From an uncultured delta proteobacterium (GTDB lineage Bacteria; Desulfobacterota; Syntrophorhabdia; Syntrophorhabdales; WCHB1-27): 64,000 nt of DNA. Shown one piece after another: positions 50,327 through 58,881 of the stretch. The notes under the pieces were generated by a model. That model saw only the letters and a program-made list of their open reading frames with translations. It searched no databases and was not told the DNA's origin. Position 1 is the first letter of the stretch. Each line of letters starts with the position of its first letter. Made by a program: the position numbers and the translations under genes. The stretch spans positions 320,001-384,000 of the forward strand of contig CAWEPK010000008.1 in the NCBI GenBank assembly GCA_963810935.1. The letters are read 5' to 3'.

Positions 50327-52231
50327 ATGATCGAAAAATTCAGGAAGCTGTTGCCCGCCGTTCTTATGGTCGCGATGGCGGCAGCCGCTGTACCGGCATG
50401 GGGCCAGGCGGGCGCACCCATGGTCGTGGGACGGGTTTCCCACGTAGAGGGAGACCTGCTGCGCTGGGTCCCGCAGGACAACGATTGGGTGGCCGTGGTC
50501 AGGGACGTCCCTTTCGCAGCCGGAGATGCCCTTTATTCAGGGACCGAAGGCAGGTCTGAGCTGACCGCCCCTAACGGTACGTGGGTGAGGGTCGGCAGCA
50601 GCACCCAGATCCAGTTCATCTCCATGGAGCCGGACGTGACCGAAGCGGACGTTGCAGGCGGCATGGCGCGCTTTTTCGCCAGGGGACCGAGCACGGTCAT
50701 CAAGGCAGACAGCCCGTTCGGCTACGTAATAGCGAACCCCGGAACCATCTTTGACTTTTACGTCGGCGAGAACTCCGTGGAGGTCGTGCCCCTCAGGGGG
50801 ACTGTCAGCTTCGTCCATGCAGCAACAAACGCCCGCTACGATATCGCCGCAGGCTCGCCCTCCATCCTGGCTGATGCGAACCAGGTGGCTTCAGGCGCAG
50901 GCGCCCCGGACCCCGACTGGAGCGCATGGAACGCCGGCAGAGACAGCTTCTGGGCGGCGAAGGCCGGCCAAAGGCAGTCCATCGGATACCTGCCCCCTGC
51001 CCTTTATGATGATGCTTATACCCTCGATGAGAACGGCAGATGGGAGTTGGTCCGCTATGACGGGGCCGACCGATGGTTCTGGAGACCCACCAGCGTAGCG
51101 CCCGGCTGGGCGCCCTTCACCGTGGGGCGGTGGACGGAGTGGTACGGTGACCAGACGTGGATACCGGCAGAGCCTTTCGGTTACGTCACGCATCATTACG
51201 GCAACTGGGTCTTCACACGCAACGCATGGTACTGGGCTCCGCCGGTGGTCGTCCCCATACCCGTACGGCCTCTTTTGACGGTCGGCTTCGGCTGGTACCC
51301 CGGAAGGGTCTCGTGGATATCGAGCGGCGCGTACGTCGGGTGGGTGCCTCTGGCGCCGCACGAGCCTTACTATTGCCGGCATGGCTGGGGGGCGCCCGGA
51401 TTAACTGTAGTCACGGATGTGTCGATCGGCGGGATAAACATCAGGCTAGGCGGCCTCGCCTATGCCAACCTTGCCGTCCTCGTCCCGCAGCATAATTTCT
51501 ATAACGTCGCAAGTTACAGGAGCGTAAGGGTGACGAACATAAACGTCACAACGATCGTCAACAACTACCATGGCGCTCCGGTGGTCAGCGACAGGGTGAT
51601 AGCGAACTACGGTTCGATGAAGGAGCGGTACAACTTCACGAACGCCGTGATCCATGAAAAACCACATGCGAGCGTCGTCGCCAGGATCGAGCACAACAGG
51701 GAGGTCATGGTCAAGGGCGTAAGGCCAAGCGCAGCAGTGCTGGAACGCCAGGTAAGGACCATAAAAGAGGTAAGGCCCGCCCCTGCCGCACGCGTAATGC
51801 AGCCGAAGATGACGAGCTACATCGTGCCTGCCGGACAGGTAAACCGGCCCAAATCAGAAGTATCGTTCCAGCAAAAAGAGATAAGGGGGCCGGAGAACAG
51901 GCAGGCTGCGCCCCAGAAGACGGGTCAGCGGGAGGGCCAGGCCCCTGTGCGTCCGGAGCCTGCCCCACGGCGGCCAACGCCTGCCCAGGCAGGACCCGAG
52001 AGGCAGCAGGTCCCTCACCCTGCAGAAGCAGCCCAGCAACCGGTCAGGCAGCCGGAGCCTCAGAGGCCGCCACAACAAACCGTACAGCGGCCGCCACAGC
52101 AGCAGCCTGTGCCCGTAAAGCCCGTTCAGGCGGTGCAGCCTGCCAAGCCTGCGCAGCCGAAGCAGCAACCGCCGAAGCGGCCGCCCGAGCAGAAAAAACC
52201 GCAAGGCGAGCACAAGGAAGAAAAACACTAG
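50327..52231 (+). CDS. Secreted FecR-like/DUF6600-like protein with Pro/Gln-rich tail
   Basis: Signal peptide, GRVSHVEG, LDENGRW, WAPF..GRW, PFGYVTHHYGNW, WVPLAP.E. Confidence 0.8.
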   Translation: MIEKFRKLLPAVLMVAMAAAAVPAWGQAGAPMVVGRVSHVEGDLLRWVPQDNDWVAVVRDVPFAAGDALYSGTEGRSELTAPNGTWVRVGSSTQIQFISMEPDVTEADVAGGMARFFARGPSTVIKADSPFGYVIANPGTIFDFYVGENSVEVVPLRGTVSFVHAATNARYDIAAGSPSILADANQVASGAGAPDPDWSAWNAGRDSFWAAKAGQRQSIGYLPPALYDDAYTLDENGRWELVRYDGADRWFWRPTSVAPGWAPFTVGRWTEWYGDQTWIPAEPFGYVTHHYGNWVFTRNAWYWAPPVVVPIPVRPLLTVGFGWYPGRVSWISSGAYVGWVPLAPHEPYYCRHGWGAPGLTVVTDVSIGGINIRLGGLAYANLAVLVPQHNFYNVASYRSVRVTNINVTTIVNNYHGAPVVSDRVIANYGSMKERYNFTNAVIHEKPHASVVARIEHNREVMVKGVRPSAAVLERQVRTIKEVRPAPAARVMQPKMTSYIVPAGQVNRPKSEVSFQQKEIRGPENRQAAPQKTGQREGQAPVRPEPAPRRPTPAQAGPERQQVPHPAEAAQQPVRQPEPQRPPQQTVQRPPQQQPVPVKPVQAVQPAKPAQPKQQPPKRPPEQKKPQGEHKEEKH

Positions 52232-52262
52232 CAGGTAAAGGAACAGCGGAGGGCAGGGGGAA

Positions 52263-52697
52263 CTACACCTGCCTGCCTTCCGCCTCCGATAGAACGGCCC
52301 TCGCGGCAGAAAACTTCCTATAATATTTTTTGATCTTCTCGATATTGCCTGAGGCTACGGCTGCCGTAAGGTCGCCCTCGGCCTCCGCAACGTCGAGGAG
52401 CATGTAGTAGTCGAGGGATTCCTTCATGTGGGCGAGCACTATCATGCCCGTTATAATCGGGTGGTTGTTGGTCACGTTCGCGTCCTTGAAGCGCGTCCCG
52501 TGCTCCAACTCCACACCCAGGCCCATCCTGAACTGCTCCGGGTCGATGGGCATTTTCCCGGTGTTCACCTCCGCGAGGACCCGGGCCGCCTCTTCCGGCG
52601 TTGCCTCCGGCTCGGGAAGGGCCGTCCAGTCCCTGATACCCGACTCCTTACACACCCGCCGCACTTCGTCCGAAGTTATGTAATCGGGAAGTTTCAT
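52263..52697 (-). CDS. DUF5661-like protein
   Basis: FRMGL.VELEHG, NVTN, I.LAH..E..DYY; AAGGAGG RBS. Confidence 0.75.
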   Translation of the reverse strand: MKLPDYITSDEVRRVCKESGIRDWTALPEPEATPEEAARVLAEVNTGKMPIDPEQFRMGLGVELEHGTRFKDANVTNNHPIITGMIVLAHMKESLDYYMLLDVAEAEGDLTAAVASGNIEKIKKYYRKFSAARAVLSEAEGRQV

Positions 52698-52727
52698 TGC
52701 CTCCTCCTTATGTGTAGTTGCCTGGAG

Positions 52728-53066
52728 CTATTGAATTTTCTTGATTTGCAGGTCGTCGCTTACGCTCGTGACATCGGGCGTATCCTTAGCAATGGCCAGC
52801 ATTTTCTCTTTCGCTTCGCGATTGGGCACTACGCCGGAAAGCGCTACCCTGCCCTGGATGGCAAAGACCCTGGGGGGCTGCAGGCCCGTCTCGGCTATTC
52901 TGGACCTGATCTGGGCCGCAATCTCGCTGTCGGAAGGGGCGCCTTCCTTCATCGCTGCCGTTTTGCTCTTACAGCCCTGAAAGGCAAAGAGCAAAAACAC
53001 CACACAGAGCAGGCACAGAAGGCTGTTTTTCACGATAGCCGTAACCGTATAAAATCTATTGTCCAT
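52728..53066 (-). CDS. BON-domain lipoprotein
   Basis: Lipobox-like FQGC; D..IA..I, G.V.LSG.V, V.SV.DDL BON pattern. Confidence 0.8.
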   Translation of the reverse strand: MDNRFYTVTAIVKNSLLCLLCVVFLLFAFQGCKSKTAAMKEGAPSDSEIAAQIRSRIAETGLQPPRVFAIQGRVALSGVVPNREAKEKMLAIAKDTPDVTSVSDDLQIKKIQ

Positions 53067-53232
53067 TCGCCGAACGGTCAATCCTGTCCCTGATGGAAGC
53101 AACCAATTTTTCCAGGTCTGCCTTCCTGAGCACCTTCAGGAAATCCAGCTCGCCCGTTCCCAGAAGGTCGCTTATTATCTTTACGAGCTTTTCGTTGTCG
53201 ATGCTTATTTCTGCTTCTGTCATGACATACAT
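53056..53232 (-). CDS. Small hypothetical protein
   Basis: Amphipathic EKLVKIISDLL..ELDFL..L.K.DLEKLVASIRDRID; overlaps the BON gene start; start codon uncertain. Confidence 0.6.
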   Translation of the reverse strand: MYVMTEAEISIDNEKLVKIISDLLGTGELDFLKVLRKADLEKLVASIRDRIDRSANGQ

Positions 53233-53295
53233 AGATAATATCAAAGCCGTCCCTCAGTCAAGTCAAAACCATCAATTGGATGATGGGCAGGCGGG

Positions 53296-53309
53296 TTGAC
53301 ATATGTCAA
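53296..53309. promoter_or_regulatory. Perfect palindrome TTGAC-N4-GTCAA (CRP/FNR-like box) coinciding with a -35 hexamer
   Basis: TTGACATATGTCAA between divergent genes; TATATT 16 nt after TTGACA. Confidence 0.45.
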
Positions 53310-53356
53310 AGCATACCTATATTTTAGTAGTTGACAAAAAATGCTGGAGGGGGCTT

Positions 53357-53914
53357 ATGAGGGGTAGGCAACTTTTCCTTATCATGCTTCTGTCGCCGCT
53401 CGTCATCGCCTTCGCTACGCAAGCGGCCGCCCAGGGGTTTTTCCCCTTAGGCGGCTGGCCCATTCCGACTTCGCCGCCGTCGCCGCCTGCCACGCCGGTA
53501 GGACCCCCCTCTCCAAGCATGATGCCTCCTGCCGCTCCGCCGGCGGGCAATACATACATGGGGACGGGCGGTATATCGGAGTACGGCGGCACCATGTCAG
53601 GAAGCACCGTGCTCTCGACCACGGGAACCGACCCCATGGGAGGGCCGGCGATGGCGATGCCGGAGTCCCCGTTATCGGTCGCCCCCTACGCGCCGGTCGT
53701 AACGCAGACGGATGAGATCCTGCGCGGCACTTACCCGTCCGGCTCGGTTGGCACGAGCCGCGTTGCCGGCTCTTATGGCGGAGTTGCGGTGGCGTCCGGA
53801 GGGACAAGGCCGCTTATGCCTGCGCCCGGCGGCCTGCCCGACACCGTGCCGCTGCCGGGTCTCGGTAGTACAATGGTCCCCGGGGTCGCGATCCCATCAA
53901 CAGAAAAGAGATAA
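53357..53914 (+). CDS. Secreted Pro/Gly-rich hypothetical protein
   Basis: GGAGG RBS, signal peptide (AAA-Q), low-complexity sequence. Confidence 0.65.
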   Translation: MRGRQLFLIMLLSPLVIAFATQAAAQGFFPLGGWPIPTSPPSPPATPVGPPSPSMMPPAAPPAGNTYMGTGGISEYGGTMSGSTVLSTTGTDPMGGPAMAMPESPLSVAPYAPVVTQTDEILRGTYPSGSVGTSRVAGSYGGVAVASGGTRPLMPAPGGLPDTVPLPGLGSTMVPGVAIPSTEKR

Positions 53915-54004
53915 ACGGCAGATAGGGAACAGGACCGGGCCGCACACACAAACCCCGCCGCACGTGTGAAAGGGCCGCAAGAAGTCAGAGGCTTACGGTC
54001 TGCC

Positions 54005-54619
54005 TTACCGCGTCCCTTCTACTTCCGGAAGCATCGTTATATTGTTTTGATATTCTTTGAGGACCCGCTTTGTGAAGGCGGTCTTCGGCTGGCCGTTGCC
54101 GTTCTGCCGGGCCTTGGCCTTGGTGGTCCCGATATTGTAGGCGTTGAGCGCGGTAGGCAAGCTGCGGAAGTCTTCAACGAGACGGGACAAGTGGTAAATC
54201 CCCAGCCTTATGTTCTTGTCCGGCTCATGGAGGCTGTCTGCGCCGTCCCAGGCTACCCCGGCGTCTTTGGCGATATACTTGGCAAGGGACGGCTTGATCT
54301 GGAAAAGGCCCCTCGCCCCTTTTTTCGATATCACGTCCTGCTTGAAATTGCTTTCGACTTTTATTACGGCCAGGGCGAGCCGGTAATCGATATCGTGCTC
54401 GATTGATTCATCGTATACCTTATCGACCATGGCCCTGAGCTTCTCGTCGTGCATGTGCACGGATTTGCCCTTGAGGTGCGCAACGACCCTTTCCAGGACG
54501 GCGTTTCTCTCCAGCGGGTCCTCAGCCGACGCGCGTTTCAGCGTGAGCGCAGTGAGGGCGACCGCCGTAATAAAGAAGATAGAGACTACTATCAGTATTT
54601 CTTTTCGCTGCCTTCTCAC
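54005..54619 (-). CDS. Lytic transglycosylase (SLT domain) protein
   Basis: AVIKVESNF, GARGLFQI, NIRLGIYHL, AYN.G; N-terminal TM; start uncertain. Confidence 0.88.
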   Translation of the reverse strand: MRRQRKEILIVVSIFFITAVALTALTLKRASAEDPLERNAVLERVVAHLKGKSVHMHDEKLRAMVDKVYDESIEHDIDYRLALAVIKVESNFKQDVISKKGARGLFQIKPSLAKYIAKDAGVAWDGADSLHEPDKNIRLGIYHLSRLVEDFRSLPTALNAYNIGTTKAKARQNGNGQPKTAFTKRVLKEYQNNITMLPEVEGTR

Positions 54620-54818
54620 TACATTTCCCTTAATTTTGTCGGCCAGAGGTGCAAGAGTCAGAGTTGTTGTAAGTGTCCCAGTATATATTGTACGCGGATG
54701 AAAAACAAGCAAAAACTTAGTTTAATGGTCTCTCAAGTATCGTTATCCGCGTGGGCGTCGAACTATATATCTTAAGATATCATATACTTAGCTCGTGGCC
54801 AAAGACCTTCCGGAAAGA

Positions 54819-55523
54819 CTATTCGCCCTCGGAATTGCCTGTCTTCCGGGTCCGTTCGAGGATGGCTTTGAATGTCTTCATATCGTAGTTTGCGGTAGTA
54901 ATGAACTCTTCGTCCGACTCGAAGTACCAGACGAGCATTTTCCTTAGCTTATCGAGGGGATACATCTTGATCAGCTCGACGGCTATCTTGCCTTCCTTCT
55001 CGTAGCGCAGCGACGGTTTTCTCTGAAATTTGAGCGCGTAGCCCTCGCTATACGCGTCGAGCAGCAGCTTCATGTCGGAGAAAGCATGGACCTTGTCCGT
55101 TTCCTCTACGGGCTGCTCCTCGCTTCCTGCGGCCTCCTCACCCTCCACAGGGGCCGGCCGCTCCTCGGGTTTCTCTTTCCCGGCGGACGGGACCGTCTCC
55201 TGCTTCTGCTGGGCGTACCACTCGGCCGCAAACTCCCTGTAAACGGTCTCGATGGTGAGTACCTCCTGCTCCTTCCTGGTAGCAATCAGCCTCTTCACGA
55301 TGGTATAGAACGCGTAGACGGCCGTGTGTATGTCCCGGTCCGTCTCCTTCCCTTCGAGGACGCCTATGTTCCTGAAGCGCGACAGGTCTACGATGGGATA
55401 GGTATTACCCTGCATGTCGAAAAGATAGATGCCGAAGGTATTCTTGGGAATGTCGCCGGCGAGGTCGATCCGCTTCACGTAATCGAGGTTTACCATGCCG
55501 TTATGGTCCGTCTCTATCCACAT
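54819..55523 (-). CDS. Hypothetical two-domain protein; C-terminus resembles phage replication-initiator C-terminal domains
   Basis: Host-like codon usage; MWIETDHNGMVNLDYV N-terminus, acidic linker, helical C-terminal domain (KEGKIA.ELIK.Y..DKL..ML..YF.SDE.FI...NY....F). Confidence 0.65.
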   Translation of the reverse strand: MWIETDHNGMVNLDYVKRIDLAGDIPKNTFGIYLFDMQGNTYPIVDLSRFRNIGVLEGKETDRDIHTAVYAFYTIVKRLIATRKEQEVLTIETVYREFAAEWYAQQKQETVPSAGKEKPEERPAPVEGEEAAGSEEQPVEETDKVHAFSDMKLLLDAYSEGYALKFQRKPSLRYEKEGKIAVELIKMYPLDKLRKMLVWYFESDEEFITTANYDMKTFKAILERTRKTGNSEGE

Positions 55524-55580
55524 AACCGGCTCACAGCCCTTCCCTTCACGATAATATAGGGCAGATATCGGCCTATGCAC

Positions 55581-55860
55581 ACCGGGGGTTGCGTGAAGAC
55601 CGAACCCGCCTTGTAAGATAAACCCTCTTCCGGCCTTGCACACTATTTTTCAGTCCGGTCCTCTTGAAACTTGAGGCCGCACACCCGACCTTATTAGTAA
55701 GGCGGCGCACCGGGGCGGATCAGGTCCGTGGGAAACCGGTATCCATGTGGGGGAGGATACCGAAAGCGTTAACCGCCGGGCCGGGTGGACGGTCAAGCCC
55801 TTACTCCCTGGGTCCGTCCCCGGAAAAACCCCGGACGCCGCCCCCGCAAAAGCCGTTCCC
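55581..55860. ncRNA. Candidate structured non-coding RNA or leader, family not recognised
   Basis: Nested stems: GGCGGCG/CGCCGCC, CCGGGGCGGATCAGG/CCTGGGTCCGTCCCCGG, CGGTATCC/GGATACCG, CCTTA/TAAGG, CCTC/GAGG. Confidence 0.4.
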
Positions 55861-55939
55861 CGGTTCATTTTACCCTCAAAACGTGATATACAGTAATAAA
55901 TGAGCGCACGTGCAGGCCGAGAGGGAGAAGTCGTATAAT

Positions 55940-57985
55940 ATGGTTTCCAACCGAGCAATATCTGATGCCATGACTATAAGGCTGGATGCAATCGTAGAGG
56001 GCCTGCCTCCGATGCCGCCCTTTGTCGAAGGCATCCGGAGGGCCCCCAGAAGGAGGCCCACCTTGAGCCGCAGCGACACGGTGCTCGCGTTGCGCAACGC
56101 CCTCAGGTACGTGCCTGAAGAGTGGCACAAGACGCTCGCCCCGGAATTCCTCGACGAGTTGCTGACCAGGGGCCGCATCTACGCGTACCGCTTCAGGCCC
56201 GAAGGGAGGATCAGGGGGAACCCCATCGAGTCGTACCGGGGCAACTGCGTAGAGGGCAAGGCCTTTCAGGTGATGATCGACAACAACCTTGACTTCGACG
56301 TAGCCCTTTACCCTTACGAGCTAGTGACCTACGGGGAGACAGGCCAGGTATGCCAGAACTGGATGCAGTACCGCTTGATAACTGCCTACCTCCGGAAGCT
56401 GACCGCGGAGCAGACGCTCGTAGTCGAGTCCGGCCATCCTGTCGGCCTTTTCAGGTCAGGCCCGCAGTCGCCAAGGGTAGTCATCACGAACGGCCTGATG
56501 GTGGGCGAGTTCGACGACCAGGAAAACTGGCAGCGGGCGGCTGCCCTGGGCGTATCGAACTACGGCCAGATGACGGCCGGGGGCTGGATGTACATCGGGC
56601 CCCAGGGCATCGTCCATGGAACCTATTCAACGGTCCTGAACGCAACGCGCCTCCGGCGGTCCACCTCCGGCGACGAGGATATGACCGGCTGTCTTTTCGT
56701 ATCCTCGGGCCTCGGCGGCATGAGCGGGGCGCAGGGCAAGGCCGTGGAGATAGCGCGGGGCGTCGCCGTTATAGCGGAGATAGACCCGTCGAGGATAGAG
56801 ACAAGGCGCAGCCAGGGGTGGATCGGCCGGGTCGCAACGGATGCGGCGGAAGCCTTCCGCCTTGCAGGCGCGGCCGTCGGGGAGAAGAAACCGGCCTCCA
56901 TCGCTTTCCTGGGGAATATAGTCGATCTCCTCGAATACGCGGTTGCGCAGAACGTGAATATCGACCTCCTCTCCGACCAGACCTCGTGCCATGCAGCATA
57001 CGAGGGCGGGTACTGCCCGCAGGGGCTCACCTTCGACGAGAGGACAAAGCTGCTCGCCACCCAGCCTGCCGTCTTCAGGGAAATGGTAGATCGCTCCCTC
57101 AAGCGCCATTTTGAGCTTATTCGCGCCCTGGTCGGCCGGGGGACATATTTCTTCGATTACGGGAACAGCTTCCTGAAGGCCGTTTATGACGCGGAGGTAA
57201 AGGAAGTTTGCAGGAACGGTACCGACCCTCTGGACGGCTTTATCTTCCCTTCATACGTAGAAGATATCATGGGACCGCTTCTCTTCGATTACGGGTACGG
57301 CCCTTTCAGGTGGGTGGTCTTGAACGGCTCGCCGGAAGACCTCGTGAAGACGGACAGGGCGGCCATGTCCTGCATCGACCCGTCGAGGCGCTTCCAGGAC
57401 AGGGACAACCACGCCTGGATCAGGGACGCGGGTGAGAACAAGCTTGTCGTAGGCACCCAGGCCCGCATACTGTACCAGGACGCGGAAGGGCGGGTGCGGA
57501 TCGCCCTTAAGTTCAACGAGATGGTGCGCAGCGGCGAGATAGGGCCTGTCATGATCGGCCGCGACCACCACGACGTGGGCGGCGCGGACTCTCCCTTCAG
57601 GGAGACGTCGAGCGTCAAGGACGGCAGCAACATCACGGCGGACATGGCCGTCCAGTGCTTCGCGGGCAACGCGAGCCGCGGCATGAGTCTCGTATCGCTG
57701 CATAACGGCGGCGGCGTAGGCATAGGCAAGGCGATAAACGGCGGCTTCGGCCTCGTGCTCGACGGGAGCGAAAGAGTGGACGAGATCATAAAGAGCGCAA
57801 TCCCGTGGGACGTCATGGGCGGGGTCGCGAGACGCTCCTGGGCGCGAAGCGGCCATTCGATAGAGACTGCCATAGACTATAACACGGCGGGCAAGGGCGC
57901 GGACCACCTGACCCTGCCGTATCTTGCCGACGAGGACGCGGTACGGTCGCTTGTTGACAAGGCCTTTTCGGAGGGCCTGCCTTGA
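55940..57985 (+). CDS. hutU: Urocanate hydratase (long form)
   Basis: GRIYAYRFRP, YPYELVTYGETG, GQMTAGGWMYIGPQGIVHGT, SDQTSCH, GPFRW, GRDHHD. Confidence 0.95.
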   Translation: MVSNRAISDAMTIRLDAIVEGLPPMPPFVEGIRRAPRRRPTLSRSDTVLALRNALRYVPEEWHKTLAPEFLDELLTRGRIYAYRFRPEGRIRGNPIESYRGNCVEGKAFQVMIDNNLDFDVALYPYELVTYGETGQVCQNWMQYRLITAYLRKLTAEQTLVVESGHPVGLFRSGPQSPRVVITNGLMVGEFDDQENWQRAAALGVSNYGQMTAGGWMYIGPQGIVHGTYSTVLNATRLRRSTSGDEDMTGCLFVSSGLGGMSGAQGKAVEIARGVAVIAEIDPSRIETRRSQGWIGRVATDAAEAFRLAGAAVGEKKPASIAFLGNIVDLLEYAVAQNVNIDLLSDQTSCHAAYEGGYCPQGLTFDERTKLLATQPAVFREMVDRSLKRHFELIRALVGRGTYFFDYGNSFLKAVYDAEVKEVCRNGTDPLDGFIFPSYVEDIMGPLLFDYGYGPFRWVVLNGSPEDLVKTDRAAMSCIDPSRRFQDRDNHAWIRDAGENKLVVGTQARILYQDAEGRVRIALKFNEMVRSGEIGPVMIGRDHHDVGGADSPFRETSSVKDGSNITADMAVQCFAGNASRGMSLVSLHNGGGVGIGKAINGGFGLVLDGSERVDEIIKSAIPWDVMGGVARRSWARSGHSIETAIDYNTAGKGADHLTLPYLADEDAVRSLVDKAFSEGLP

Positions 57986-58875
57986 AGAAGATCGTCGAAT
58001 GCGTGCCCAATTACAGCGAAGGAAGGGACAAGGAGAAGATCCGCAGGATACTTTCTGCCTTCAGAGGCAAAAAGGGGGTAAAGCTCCTCGACCACGAGCA
58101 GGACTCAGACCATAACAGGCTGGTCGTCACACTCATCGGGGAGCCGCCGGCAGTCGCCGCGGCAGTTCTCGCCTCCGTCGGCGTCGCTGTGGAAGTTATC
58201 GATTTACGCAAGCATTCGGGGCAGCACCCGCGCATAGGCGCAGTCGATGTCATACCGTTTATCCCGGTCAGCAATGTCTCCATGGCAGAGGCGGTCGAGC
58301 TTTCCAAAGAGGTGGGGCGCGCACTCGCCGAAAAGTACGGCGTGCCCGTCTTCCTATATGAAGAGTCGGCCTCCGACCCGGCAAGGCGCGATCTGGCGGC
58401 TATCAGGAAGGGTGAATTCGAAGGGATGTCGGAAAAGCTGAAAATGCCCGAGTGGAGGCCCGATTACGGCAAGGCCAGGGCACATCCGACGGCGGGCGTT
58501 GTCGCCGTAGGCGCCCGCATGCCTCTGGTCGCCTTCAACGTCAACATCGATACCCCGAATATGGAGATCGCCTCGGCCATAGCGAAGGCCGTCAGGAATT
58601 CGAGCGGGGGCCTGCGTTACTGCAAGGCCATCGCCGTAGACCTCACGGAAAGAGGGATCACACAGGTTTCGATGAACATGACCGATTTTGCAAAAACCCC
58701 TCTCCACCGCGCAGTCGAGCTTGTGCGGTCGGAGGCGAGGCGGTACGGCGTCAACGTGGTAGGAAGCGAGGTCGTCGGACTCGCGCCCATGGCGGCCCTG
58801 ATCGACGCCGCCGCCTTTTATATGGGCCTCGAACGCTTCAGCATCGACCAAATATTAGAGACACGTATGGAGTAA
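57982..58875 (+). CDS. ftcD: Glutamate formimidoyltransferase
   Basis: ECVPNYSEGRD, DHNR.V.T, HPRIGAVDVIPF, QVSMN. Confidence 0.93.
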   Translation: MKKIVECVPNYSEGRDKEKIRRILSAFRGKKGVKLLDHEQDSDHNRLVVTLIGEPPAVAAAVLASVGVAVEVIDLRKHSGQHPRIGAVDVIPFIPVSNVSMAEAVELSKEVGRALAEKYGVPVFLYEESASDPARRDLAAIRKGEFEGMSEKLKMPEWRPDYGKARAHPTAGVVAVGARMPLVAFNVNIDTPNMEIASAIAKAVRNSSGGLRYCKAIAVDLTERGITQVSMNMTDFAKTPLHRAVELVRSEARRYGVNVVGSEVVGLAPMAALIDAAAFYMGLERFSIDQILETRME

Positions 58876-58881
58876 GAGTTA

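Noticed and set aside
54764..54786. Palindrome ATATCTTAAGATAT sharing a half-site with the 16168 operator
   Set aside because: Low-complexity AT sequence with a different half-site arrangement; insufficient support for a shared regulator
55575..55850. tmRNA, RNase P, SRP, or cobalamin/TPP/yybP riboswitch identity for the structured region
   Set aside because: Only short partial look-alikes (GGGGGCG, GCGGGTTCG, TCAGGTCCG, GGGAGTA, ACCTGATCC); no CCA end, tag frame, GAGGAAAGTCC or other required cores
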